From Porphyridium purpureum (Eukaryota), in NCBI GenBank assembly GCA_008690995.1, contig VRMN01000011.1:310001-374000 (forward strand): a stretch of 64,000 bases of DNA, given 5' to 3'. Positions 30,863-40,170 of this stretch are shown here, in pieces. A program made the translations under genes and the position numbers. Numbering within the stretch: the first letter of the stretch is position 1; each line of letters opens with the position of its first letter. The notes below the pieces were generated by a model. That model made no database searches, had not been told where the DNA came from, and was given only the letters and a program-made list of their open reading frames with translations.

Positions 30863-31659
30863 CTTGGAATTTCTCCCTTTCTGCTTTGTAACCGAATCAA
30901 CAAAACCGGACCGCTTCACCGATAACAGGAACTGGAAACCGCCACACCCCGGAAACTGACAAACCGACGACGAACCGACACACCGAAACGAACGGAAGGA
31001 CAAGCAGGACAATCAGAGAAAAGTGGCTAGAAAGGAAGAGAGGACAGAAAATTCAACTTATAGGGGACTACGAGAGGGAGTGGACCGGTCTTGACAAGTG
31101 AAGGGTGATGGAAGGTACGTTTAAACCCCAGCTGCCTTTTTAAAAACACTCCAGACCGATATCCGCTCGCACAACACGCTAGCGTGCCTCTCCCGCAAAT
31201 CCAACCCAAGTCTTCCAACGACTGCCTCAATCCAACTAACCAATTCTCTTTTTATTCTATTTGCCCTTACCTCTTCTTCTACCTTGACCTGGAAATTCCT
31301 GGGAACCAGCTTGCCCCTTCGTCCTTTTATACCCTTCGTCCTTGCTCTTTCCAGCAAGGACGGGAGAACAAATTTCTCCAACAGGACGAATTTCCACCAC
31401 AGGTTTTGATTCGTTCCACAACTCGCAACCACAGCCGGCCACGTATCCGAAAAATGGCCGGGAAGGCGCGTCAAGAACGAATCCAGAAGCTTCGGCCGGC
31501 CTTTGACCTTTGCACAAGGTCACACAAAACGACAATGACAAACATTTCGCAGGTCCGAGATCATCACGCTTCTCGAACAATCTTTCATCATAGAACTTTC
31601 TAGGGTTTTGTACTCAAAACCCTACGGCGTCTCTCGGGGCGGAACCCTAAAATTCCACG
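30863..31659 (-). repeat. 5' LTR of copy B
   Basis: Direct repeat of 25899-26695; no differences seen by eye. Confidence 0.95.
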
Positions 31660-32154
31660 GAAGCGGCTGCGAAATCGTGGCGTCCACTGTACCTCTGTCG
31701 CGAGGCGGATGTGTTTCCCAACGGACAACCGGTTTATCGGCGTGGCTGCTTGCGGCAACGCCGACTGTACGCCATGCGCGCATTGCGCGCCCTCTGAAAC
31801 GGACGCCTTTTAGTGCAGGATTTTGAGATGACAAAAGAATGCGGGCGGTGAAATCGAAACCGAATAGATGCGCCGAAGCCACGGATGAACCGAAACACGC
31901 TCGTGCAGACGTGCGCGTGCGTGCGTCTGAGGACGAGGGCGCGCGGAACGGCGGCGCGTGGTGATCACTGTGAAGGGCTGGTGGGTGCCATTGCGGACGC
32001 GGGACTACACGAGAAAACACAAGACGGAGGGAGGGAGAAGGGGAGTGCGAGGAGGGAGCAGATCGGGTCTGGTCTGGAGGGGCTTGTCGCTTTCGGCGAA
32101 ATCTCGGGGAACGCGGCGTGTGTTTGCGTGAGTGATTGGCGCCGGTGAGTGTGG

Positions 32155-33150
32155 ATGGGTGCGTATCAGTCAACAGTGCGGTGCGACGCGGTGGATGCGG
32201 ACGCCGATCGCATCAAAGATGCGATCCTCAAGGCGACGACGAGTAGCGAGGGCGATGGGGACGCGTCGACTTCATCGCCTTCCGGCACGTGGTGGTGGAA
32301 TAGGTTTAAGCGAACGCCGTTGCCAAACCCCGGGTCGTACGAGGAGCTGAATCTTGAGGCTACCATGGTGCTCCGGCCGAACGTGTTTGACGGGTTCCAG
32401 TTTAATGTGAATCTACCCGTCTCTCAAGTGTTTCAAGTGGGACACGCGTGGACTCTCCCCGCTGCCTCGCTCCCGAACGGTGAGTCTGCCGCAGGGTACG
32501 CCTTCTCGGCGAACTACTACTCCAACCAACTGGTGCTCATGAGCCGCGTGGAGCCCTCCGGCAGGGTCAACGGGAGAATATTTATCAATCACACACCGTC
32601 GCTCACCAGCAAGATCATGGCGGATGTTAGTCCTGAGCCGCACAGCGGGAAGGGCACATGGGATCTCGACTACCGTGGTACCGACTCGTGCGCCCAGCTG
32701 AAGCTCGGCAACGGCGGCATCGTGGGTGTTTCCTACCTACAGAGCATCACCCCGACCATTTCGCTCGGAGGCGAGGGCTTCTATCAGGGCAAGAATCGGT
32801 TCTCGGCGCTTACGGCCGCAGTCAAGTACGCGTCCAAATCGGATGTCGCATCTTTCACCGTCGCGTCCTACGGGCCGGTCATCGTCTCGTTCGTTCGCAA
32901 AGTGTCGGCTCGGTGCGCACTGGCCTGCGAGATGTTCTGGGACTCGCGGTCGCGCGAGTCGCTGTGCACGGTCGGATACAAGTACGATCTCAATAAGGCG
33001 TCGCTCATCGGACAATTTGACTCGAACGGCAGAGTTGCCGCATATGTGGAAGAAAAGCTCAACCCGGGGCTGAGCCTTCTGCTATCCGGTGAATTGGATC
33101 ACGCAAAGGGCGATTATCGGTTTGGGTTTGGACTTCAAATCGGTCAGTGA
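32155..33150 (+). CDS. TOM40: Mitochondrial import channel Tom40
   Basis: LPNPGSYEEL, FDG, FQVGH, DYRGTD, SYLQSITP, LEEKL-like VEEKL, C-terminal RFGFGLQIG beta-signal. Confidence 0.93.
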   Translation: MGAYQSTVRCDAVDADADRIKDAILKATTSSEGDGDASTSSPSGTWWWNRFKRTPLPNPGSYEELNLEATMVLRPNVFDGFQFNVNLPVSQVFQVGHAWTLPAASLPNGESAAGYAFSANYYSNQLVLMSRVEPSGRVNGRIFINHTPSLTSKIMADVSPEPHSGKGTWDLDYRGTDSCAQLKLGNGGIVGVSYLQSITPTISLGGEGFYQGKNRFSALTAAVKYASKSDVASFTVASYGPVIVSFVRKVSARCALACEMFWDSRSRESLCTVGYKYDLNKASLIGQFDSNGRVAAYVEEKLNPGLSLLLSGELDHAKGDYRFGFGLQIGQ

Positions 33151-33431
33151 GCGCGCTTGGCAACCGGCGGGAAGAAAATGCCGCGGCGAATCCGTGGGAG
33201 CGGATGCTTGTTTTGTACTATGTAGGACAGCGAGAGATAAAGGCACTAAACGCAGGACTGTCAGGAACGCCGTGCGAGCAAGAGCGAACAGTGGAAGATC
33301 ACCTGTCAAATAAGGCACGTGGGCATGCGGCACGAAGTCAGGCGCAAATAAATACTTTCAAACCATCAACACAGCAACACAATACATGCGCAAAACTGCG
33401 CTTTCTCTGCCCCATGCGGCGAACGCTAATA

Positions 33432-34961
33432 TCAGCGTGGTTCCTTGTCCGACCTTTTCGGCTTCTTCCTTGAAGCCGCTGCGTTCTCGTGGTCGCAGCC
33501 GTGCTTACATTTGTGTGCGTGCTCCGTGTGACCGTCATCTTGCGTCTCATTGGCCACTTCTTTTTGTTCAGTCTCATGTGCACGATGATTACCGGCTTCA
33601 TTGTCTTCTTTGCCATTTCCATGGCCATTTTCATGGCCGCCTTCATGGCCGCCTTCATGGCCGCCTTCATGCTCGTCTTCATGGTCGTCTTCATCATCCT
33701 CATCGTCCACCCAAGGATCAAAGTCATCCTTGTATGTTTTCCAGACCGACTCTCCCAGCGCAAATTCTTCGTCCGTCAACAGGCAACTGTCCAACATGGC
33801 TTCGACCTCGGCTCGCCGAAGATCCTTCCCGATGATCACGATCTCCTGCCGCCGATCGCCAATACCATCCAAAAATTCTGCGTTTACGGCTGCTGTACTG
33901 TATTCTGTTTCCCAGACCGCGCGGTTCATACATGCAAACCATGCTCCGCCTGGATTGATGGTAGCCAGCGCGCCGGCCTGGCTCAGATCACCATACATAT
34001 CATTTCGAGAGGCAAGCCAAATAAAGCCCTTTGACCGAACGACATGCGCAGCCATGTCCCGAGAGGTCATCTTCTCCAGCACGTCCAGCAGTCTCTCCGG
34101 GTGGAACGGGCGCCTGCGTCGGTACACAAACGACGAAATGCCGTACTCCTCTGTCTCCGGAACCTTTTGCGAGTCGGGCTCCTTTAGCGATTGGAGCCAG
34201 CCTGGTGCAGCCTGTGCCTCCTCGAACGAAAAGCGGCCGGTGTTTAGCACCTGTTCGAGCGGAATCCGACTGTAGCTGGTCTTCAAAATCAGTGCTTTCG
34301 AATTGAGTTTGCGCACGATCTTTTCAAGCTGAGCCACTGCTTCCGGGGACACTTGATCAATCTTGTTGATTACAACCACATTTGCAAACTCGATTTGGTC
34401 AATAAGTAGGAAGGCGATATTCTGGTCGTCGCGCTCGTCGGTGTCTTTCCATCGATCACTGGCCATCTCTTCTGTCGTGCTATCCATTGGAAAATTCACC
34501 GCATCGACGACAGTGATCAGGCAATCCAACTTGGCAAGCTCTGCAAGAGGTACGAATTCGCCTGGAGTCTCGGGGAGTTCCACCTCCATCGTAAACGACT
34601 CGGCAACGCCCAGGGGCTCTGCTACGCCTGTCGATTCAATCATAATGTAGTCATACTTCTTTGAGAGCGCCAAGTCCCGGATCTGGACCAACAACTCGTC
34701 CCTGAGCGTGCAACAAATGCAGCCGTTCTGCATCTCGATCATCTTCTCAATGCCGTGTCCTCGGTCGCGGCTGACCAAATGCGCGTCGACATTCAGCTCT
34801 GCCATATCATTCACGACCACGGCCACTTTCATGCCGTGCTGGTTCTGCAAGACATGCTTGAGCAGCGTCGTCTTCCCGCTCCCCAGGAACCCCGACAACA
34901 CGCTCACCGGAATCTGCGCCGCTTCCCCACCAGGGCCACCCTCTCCGCGCACGCTTCCCAT
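33432..34961 (-). CDS. COG0523/CobW-family zinc metallochaperone GTPase (ZNG1/YciC-like)
   Basis: GFLGSGKTT, NGCICCT, IESTG, EFANVVVINK, RPFHPERL, RSKG; His/Glu-rich tail. Confidence 0.93.
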   Translation of the reverse strand: MGSVRGEGGPGGEAAQIPVSVLSGFLGSGKTTLLKHVLQNQHGMKVAVVVNDMAELNVDAHLVSRDRGHGIEKMIEMQNGCICCTLRDELLVQIRDLALSKKYDYIMIESTGVAEPLGVAESFTMEVELPETPGEFVPLAELAKLDCLITVVDAVNFPMDSTTEEMASDRWKDTDERDDQNIAFLLIDQIEFANVVVINKIDQVSPEAVAQLEKIVRKLNSKALILKTSYSRIPLEQVLNTGRFSFEEAQAAPGWLQSLKEPDSQKVPETEEYGISSFVYRRRRPFHPERLLDVLEKMTSRDMAAHVVRSKGFIWLASRNDMYGDLSQAGALATINPGGAWFACMNRAVWETEYSTAAVNAEFLDGIGDRRQEIVIIGKDLRRAEVEAMLDSCLLTDEEFALGESVWKTYKDDFDPWVDDEDDEDDHEDEHEGGHEGGHEGGHENGHGNGKEDNEAGNHRAHETEQKEVANETQDDGHTEHAHKCKHGCDHENAAASRKKPKRSDKEPR

Positions 34962-35535
34962 GGTCCCTCCACCGCCCTTCTCACATCCACTTCAACCGGG
35001 TCTCCAGCATGCAGCGACGCACGCTCGCCCGCGCAGCACATGTCATGTCTGCGTCACGCCGTGTGTCGCCGGCAACCCCGCGGAACCGCACCCACTTCGC
35101 ACCGGCCCTGGCTGTACCTTATTCACTGCAGCTGTACCCTCCAGTGTCTCTTGTTTCCTGAGCGCGAGCGCGCGCGAATGCCAGTGGTGGCTGGTGCAGC
35201 CGGCACCGACGCAGACGCAGTGCGCGCAACTGCCATAATGCGTGCGGGTGCGACGCTCGGCCGCACCGGGTCGGTGTCGGCCTGCGATCGGCCTGCCCGG
35301 CCCGTTCGGCGCGCATTGTGCTGATGGTGATTATTTGAATCCAGAAGGTTGGAGACCACGCCGTGCCGAACGGCCCTGACGGTCCGGCTCTGTTCGGCTG
35401 TTTGTGCTGGACTGAGCATGTGTGCCGCCGTGTGCAAGGCAAGCGACAGACAATTTGAAAATTCAGAGCGCACAACATGGGCAGGTGAGGAACATGTGCC
35501 TCTTGACATAAAGTTCTCATGAACAAGCGTGCGCC

Positions 35536-37926
35536 ATGGATGGGTATAAAAGAAAGCCTGCGGTGGCGTCAGAGGCGGTCATGACGACGCAACGGAAGGA
35601 GACTCGAGCCATCGCACGGAACATCGAGGAAGAAGGACGCGCAAGATTTGGCGTGAGACGAGAAGCAACTTTTAGTCTGCGGCACAGACACCGCTGCACG
35701 CTGGCGACGCTCCCGCGGTCGAACTGGGACATCATGGCCATGGACGCCGAGGAAATGGCATCTTTCATGCCGACGTCCATGACAAGCGTGGGGATCATTT
35801 TTTGCGTGATTTTCAACATTTTGGTGTTTGTGCGCTGGCTGAATACGCGATACTTGAAGCTACCAGGACCCGTGATAGTGTCGCTTGCTTCCATGCTAGC
35901 CGCGACCATTGCGTATATTGTGGTCGTGCTTGGGAAGGGACTGGCTGCTAGAACGGCGGCTGGCGCAGGCAGCGAGGCAGAAAATCTTCTGACCGCGCCA
36001 GACCACAACTTGCTCCTTGGTACTTTTCGTACCATCCACACCGGTTTTTCGTTCATGGTCTTGCGCTGGATGCTGGGGCTCGTTATCTTTGCCGACGCAA
36101 GCGAGACCATTATTCACGATTTCTATTCTGTGCGTACGCCCATTTGCGTCTTGGCCACCTTCACGACGTTTCTGAACGCCATTATTATCATGATTTTGAC
36201 GTACTCGCTCACGTACTTTTTTCTGCCAGTAAGCTGGACGTCCTGCTTCCTATTCGGCGCGCTGATAAGCCCCACAGATCCTCTCTCTGTACTGGGTGTT
36301 ATCCGAACGCCTGAAGCGCGCGAACGCGTTCCTAGGTCCGTGTCGGGTATGATTGCAGGCGAGGCGCTGTTCAACGATGTCGTCGGGGTGGTGCTTTTTG
36401 AGCTCGGATGCGTTATCGTCGAGAGACAGCACAGCGCTGAGGCCATCAACTCGGTGCACCCGCTCGCCATGTCCGTCGTAAAGACGTGCTCGCTCCAGCT
36501 GGGCTTGGGTGTTGTGATTGGCACGACCATGGCGTACTTTATCTACTTGGTGCTCGCGCAACGCAGCGGCTCGCCTACGCTTGACGTGAGCTTGACCATT
36601 GTCGCCGTGATCAATGTGAACGCTGCTTGCACCTTGTTCGGCGGGAGCATTCCGCTTGCAAATGTCATTGCGGGGCTCCTCATAGGAAATCACGGAAAGA
36701 TGTTTGCCATGTCGAAGAAGACTGCTGTGTGCTTTCACTGGATTTGGCGTTTCATTGGTGACACAATCAATGCGTTCATGTATGTGGCCATTGGGTTCGA
36801 GTCGTACAACTGGCTCGTACTGTGGCAGGCGTTTGGTATCCGAGGTCTGGTGCCCGTCTTTGCGCTGGTGCTATTCTCCGTCCCTGCGCGTTTCCTGGCC
36901 ATCCGCACCTCTTTATGGGTGTTTGCGTACACGGACGGCACGCTGCTGCTTATGAACGAGGACGCCTGTGTGCAAGGTCTCATGGCGTGGTCTGGTATTC
37001 GAGGCGCGATTTCAATTGCAATGGTACTAGCTCTTCCCGAGGTTGTTGCGCGAAGCGACCGCGGCGTGCTGTTTCTGCTTACGTACTCGGTTGTATTGTT
37101 TGGGCTCTCAGTGCAGGGACTGACATTCCCGCTGCTTCTTGAGCGCATGGATTTGTCAAGATACGAATCACTTGTGGACCCTTGTGAGGAGCAAAGTATG
37201 CTTCCACTGCCGTCTCCGACCGAGCTACTTAGGACCCTGTCCACGCCGTCCGTATCCTTTAGTGACAGTGAGACAAACCCACTTCTCGGCGAGAGTACGT
37301 GGTCCGGTGCATCAGAGTATACTGAGGCTTGTCGCCAGAATCGCTGGAGCCGGCTCGTGTGCCCCACTGTGCCAGCAGAGCATGCGGGCGAGACGAGCTC
37401 CACTTCTGCCAAGACCAAGAACCGGCCGAAGAAATTTGGGACCGGCGGACGCAGGAACGGGCGCCCGTGCAGCGATACGATCAACAGTGTTAATTTGTTC
37501 GGAGGTGGCTCCGAGCTCGGCTCGCCCTTGGTATCACAGTGGTACTGCAGTGACGACCAGCTGAGCGGATGCGACGAAGAGCAGGTTTTGCAAAATGAGA
37601 ATAACGATCCCAATTCGGGTGCTATCAAGAAGCGTCTGGCTGGCGCCATGCGTGATGTGTCCAGCAGTACCATCGGACAAACACCACCGTCGCATTTGAC
37701 ACCCGTGATGAACGCAGATGTCGGTGATATGGAGTCGCCCTTGATGAAATTGCTGGGTACAGGGCACCGCGGGCCCAAAACATCATCTTGTTCAGACCAT
37801 TCCAAGCGGCCGACGGGCGCCATTGCCGTGCCATTGTTTCCGGATCTAACTTCTGAGGACTTGGAAATTATGGAATCCCCGGATGCAGCGAAGGCGCATT
37901 CGGGTGAGAGACCACCACGGAAGTAG
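35536..37926 (+). CDS. CPA1-family Na+/H+ antiporter (NhaP-like) with a long disordered C-tail
   Basis: FGALISPTDP, GEALFND, WSGIRGAISIA, SVQGLT; true start may be a later Met. Confidence 0.88.
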   Translation: MDGYKRKPAVASEAVMTTQRKETRAIARNIEEEGRARFGVRREATFSLRHRHRCTLATLPRSNWDIMAMDAEEMASFMPTSMTSVGIIFCVIFNILVFVRWLNTRYLKLPGPVIVSLASMLAATIAYIVVVLGKGLAARTAAGAGSEAENLLTAPDHNLLLGTFRTIHTGFSFMVLRWMLGLVIFADASETIIHDFYSVRTPICVLATFTTFLNAIIIMILTYSLTYFFLPVSWTSCFLFGALISPTDPLSVLGVIRTPEARERVPRSVSGMIAGEALFNDVVGVVLFELGCVIVERQHSAEAINSVHPLAMSVVKTCSLQLGLGVVIGTTMAYFIYLVLAQRSGSPTLDVSLTIVAVINVNAACTLFGGSIPLANVIAGLLIGNHGKMFAMSKKTAVCFHWIWRFIGDTINAFMYVAIGFESYNWLVLWQAFGIRGLVPVFALVLFSVPARFLAIRTSLWVFAYTDGTLLLMNEDACVQGLMAWSGIRGAISIAMVLALPEVVARSDRGVLFLLTYSVVLFGLSVQGLTFPLLLERMDLSRYESLVDPCEEQSMLPLPSPTELLRTLSTPSVSFSDSETNPLLGESTWSGASEYTEACRQNRWSRLVCPTVPAEHAGETSSTSAKTKNRPKKFGTGGRRNGRPCSDTINSVNLFGGGSELGSPLVSQWYCSDDQLSGCDEEQVLQNENNDPNSGAIKKRLAGAMRDVSSSTIGQTPPSHLTPVMNADVGDMESPLMKLLGTGHRGPKTSSCSDHSKRPTGAIAVPLFPDLTSEDLEIMESPDAAKAHSGERPPRK

Positions 37927-38633
37927 TATAGTCCTTCGCCCAGCCACGATGATTATCTTGCGGCGTGTGTTGGCTCGTCCTCGGGGTGGGCCCCAGAATA
38001 CGGTAGTGCCTCACGCCATGAGCCAATATCCTCGTGCTCGGCGCGTGTGGTCCAACTTTTACTGTACTCCAGCTTGTGCCAACTGCAATACCAATCAATT
38101 GTAATTCCTCTACCCGTTACATCTCCAGTCCCCTCGAGTCTGTGCTTGTTCGAACCTGTTTCTATCGCCAAGGCACCGGACAGAGCATGTCCCTCATCCA
38201 CACTTGCGCATGCCAAAGCAGGAACGATCGTCTGGTGGGTCCGCGCCACAACAGAGCCGTGGTGCTGAAACCAAGCCGTGTCCAGGTTAATACAATAGAG
38301 AGTCCGTCTGTGAGGCTGAGGGTGCGTCTGCATTTCAAGCCCTATAGTCCGAGGTGCACCCTCAAGATCACCCCGATGCCACTCAATCCGAACACGTCGG
38401 AAGAGCTCTGCAAAGGTCCGCTCCCGAAGAAGACGTCAAAGAGCCGATGATCATGGCTGGGATACCGAAGCGCACCGCCGTGATAGAGCTGATCGAGCCA
38501 AATTTGATACAGATTTTAGCGATGCTGGTGTGAGGCACAGATAGTTTCCACGTTTCGCTAAATGAAGTATCCCAACCGCCACGCTAGTCGCTCGCCCAAA
38601 CGCGGATTCCCAGCGCGCTGACCACACAGACAT

Positions 38634-38653
38634 ACACACACACACACACACAC
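38634..38653. repeat. (CA)n microsatellite
   Basis: Run of CA dinucleotides just downstream of RPS30. Confidence 0.85.
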
Positions 38654-38683
38654 CCACAGATACCGGAGAAGCGCTGGAGTCCT

Positions 38684-38872
38684 TTACTTCTGGTTCGAGT
38701 TCGGACTTCTCTTCTTCCCGGGGCCCACCACCACGTTCACGAATCGCTGGTTGTACTTCAACCTCTTGAACGCGCGGCCCTTCGGCAGCTTGCTCTTTTC
38801 CTGCTTCGCCACTTTCGGAGTCTGTCCTCGCACCTTACCGGCGCGCGCCAACGAGCCGTGCACCTTGCCCAT
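38684..38872 (-). CDS. RPS30: 40S ribosomal protein S30 (eS30)
   Basis: [21 protein letters not shown]...RFVNVV...PNS. Confidence 0.97.
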   Translation of the reverse strand: MGKVHGSLARAGKVRGQTPKVAKQEKSKLPKGRAFKRLKYNQRFVNVVVGPGKKRSPNSNQK

Positions 38873-39356
38873 CGCGTCCCTTCTCACGCAACCTCACCCC
38901 TTCCGCACGCGTCCACCTCTCCGACTATCGCCTTCCTCCTTCCCGTCACTCCCGGTACCGTGTCCCTCCTACAGTCCTCTAGCGCGGCAGCCCTGTTCTT
39001 CTACCAAAATGACAGGAAGGCTGCGCGGCACGTTTCCGTCCTCCGCTCCCGACGCCGCCGACTTGTGAAACGTCTTACCCTAACAGTGGAACAGGACGTT
39101 CACTGTACACTACAGGCTCGAACACGAACGTTTGCAGGGGCCCTCGATCTAACCGAGGCGGTCGGTTAGATTGGAGGTTGGTAGCACGCTGGGGGTCTGC
39201 CGGCGGTGGGTGTACTGGTGGTTTCCAACCAAAGTGGGTTGTTTTGATGACAAGGTGACGGCGGCTGGATGCACTTAAAGAGAGGGATGAAGGCGTCGTT
39301 GGTCTGCGCGGGGGAGGGGGAGGGGAGAAGCGGGCTGCAGGTCGAACTGGGGAAAG

Positions 39357-39686
39357 ATGGCGCCGCAGCCGCAGAAGAGCAAGGAGCAGAAGGCTGCCGC
39401 GGCTGCTGCGCAGTCGAAGAAGGGCGGGAAGAAAAAGAAGTGGTCCAAGGGAAAGGTAAAGGAGAAGAGCGCGAACCTCGTGCTCTTTGACGAGGAGACG
39501 TACGACAAGTTGTACAAGGAAGCACCCAAGTGGAAGCTGATTACGCCGTCTATTCTGTCAGAGCGCCTGCGCATCAACGGTTCGCTCGCGAGGAGAGCGA
39601 TCAAGGAGCTCATGGCCAAGGACGAGATCCGTCTCGTCTCGGCGCACCACGGGCAGTTGATTTACACAAGATCCACCAATGTGTAG
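39357..39686 (+). CDS. RPS25: 40S ribosomal protein S25 (eS25)
   Basis: [38 protein letters not shown]. Confidence 0.97.
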   Translation: MAPQPQKSKEQKAAAAAAQSKKGGKKKKWSKGKVKEKSANLVLFDEETYDKLYKEAPKWKLITPSILSERLRINGSLARRAIKELMAKDEIRLVSAHHGQLIYTRSTNV

Positions 39687-40170
39687 GGTCGACAACCACG
39701 CGCGTTGACACTGTTGGGTGCCAGTGAGCTTTATGTTTCACTTTGGTATGAGCATGTTCGCGGGGAACGGAGACGTGCGAAGCCTGGCTGTAGCGAGGGG
39801 CTTGAACACCCGGACAAGGAAGTTGCCGGATTCCTGGTGCACGAAAGCTGTTGAAGTATGTCGTCGCATCAGTTGTTCTGGAAGCTGAAATCGGAAGTGG
39901 AGCGGGACGACCATGTGTTTCGAATCCGAATGGGTGAAGACGTGGATCCGGGCCGTTCTATATCGAGACGGGAAACTGTGGCCCAGTCTAAGTGCGTGCA
40001 CCTCAAGTCGTGGGTACCAGTGTAGTCGCCGTGTATGTCGACAAGTAAATTTTCTTCTTTAAATCTACCCACTGTCCATCGTGTTGGTTAAGATCGTCAC
40101 GCGAGTGCAACAGTAGCGCAATAGTGCAGGCGCAACTTGCAGAAGCGAAAAAAATTCTCGCGCGGCACTG

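Larger units (their letters stand above)
25899..31659 (-). mobile_element. Complete LTR retrotransposon copy B (5761 bp)
   Basis: Two 797-bp LTRs, PBS, gag, pol, PPT; GAAGC target-site duplication at 25894-25898 and 31660-31664. Confidence 0.97.

Noticed and set aside
38441..38500. Possible C/D-box snoRNA (GATGA...CTGA)
   Set aside because: Imperfect C box, no convincing terminal stem and no recognisable rRNA guide
39900..39940. TTCGAATCC resembling a tRNA T-loop
   Set aside because: No supporting T-stem, D-arm or acceptor stem
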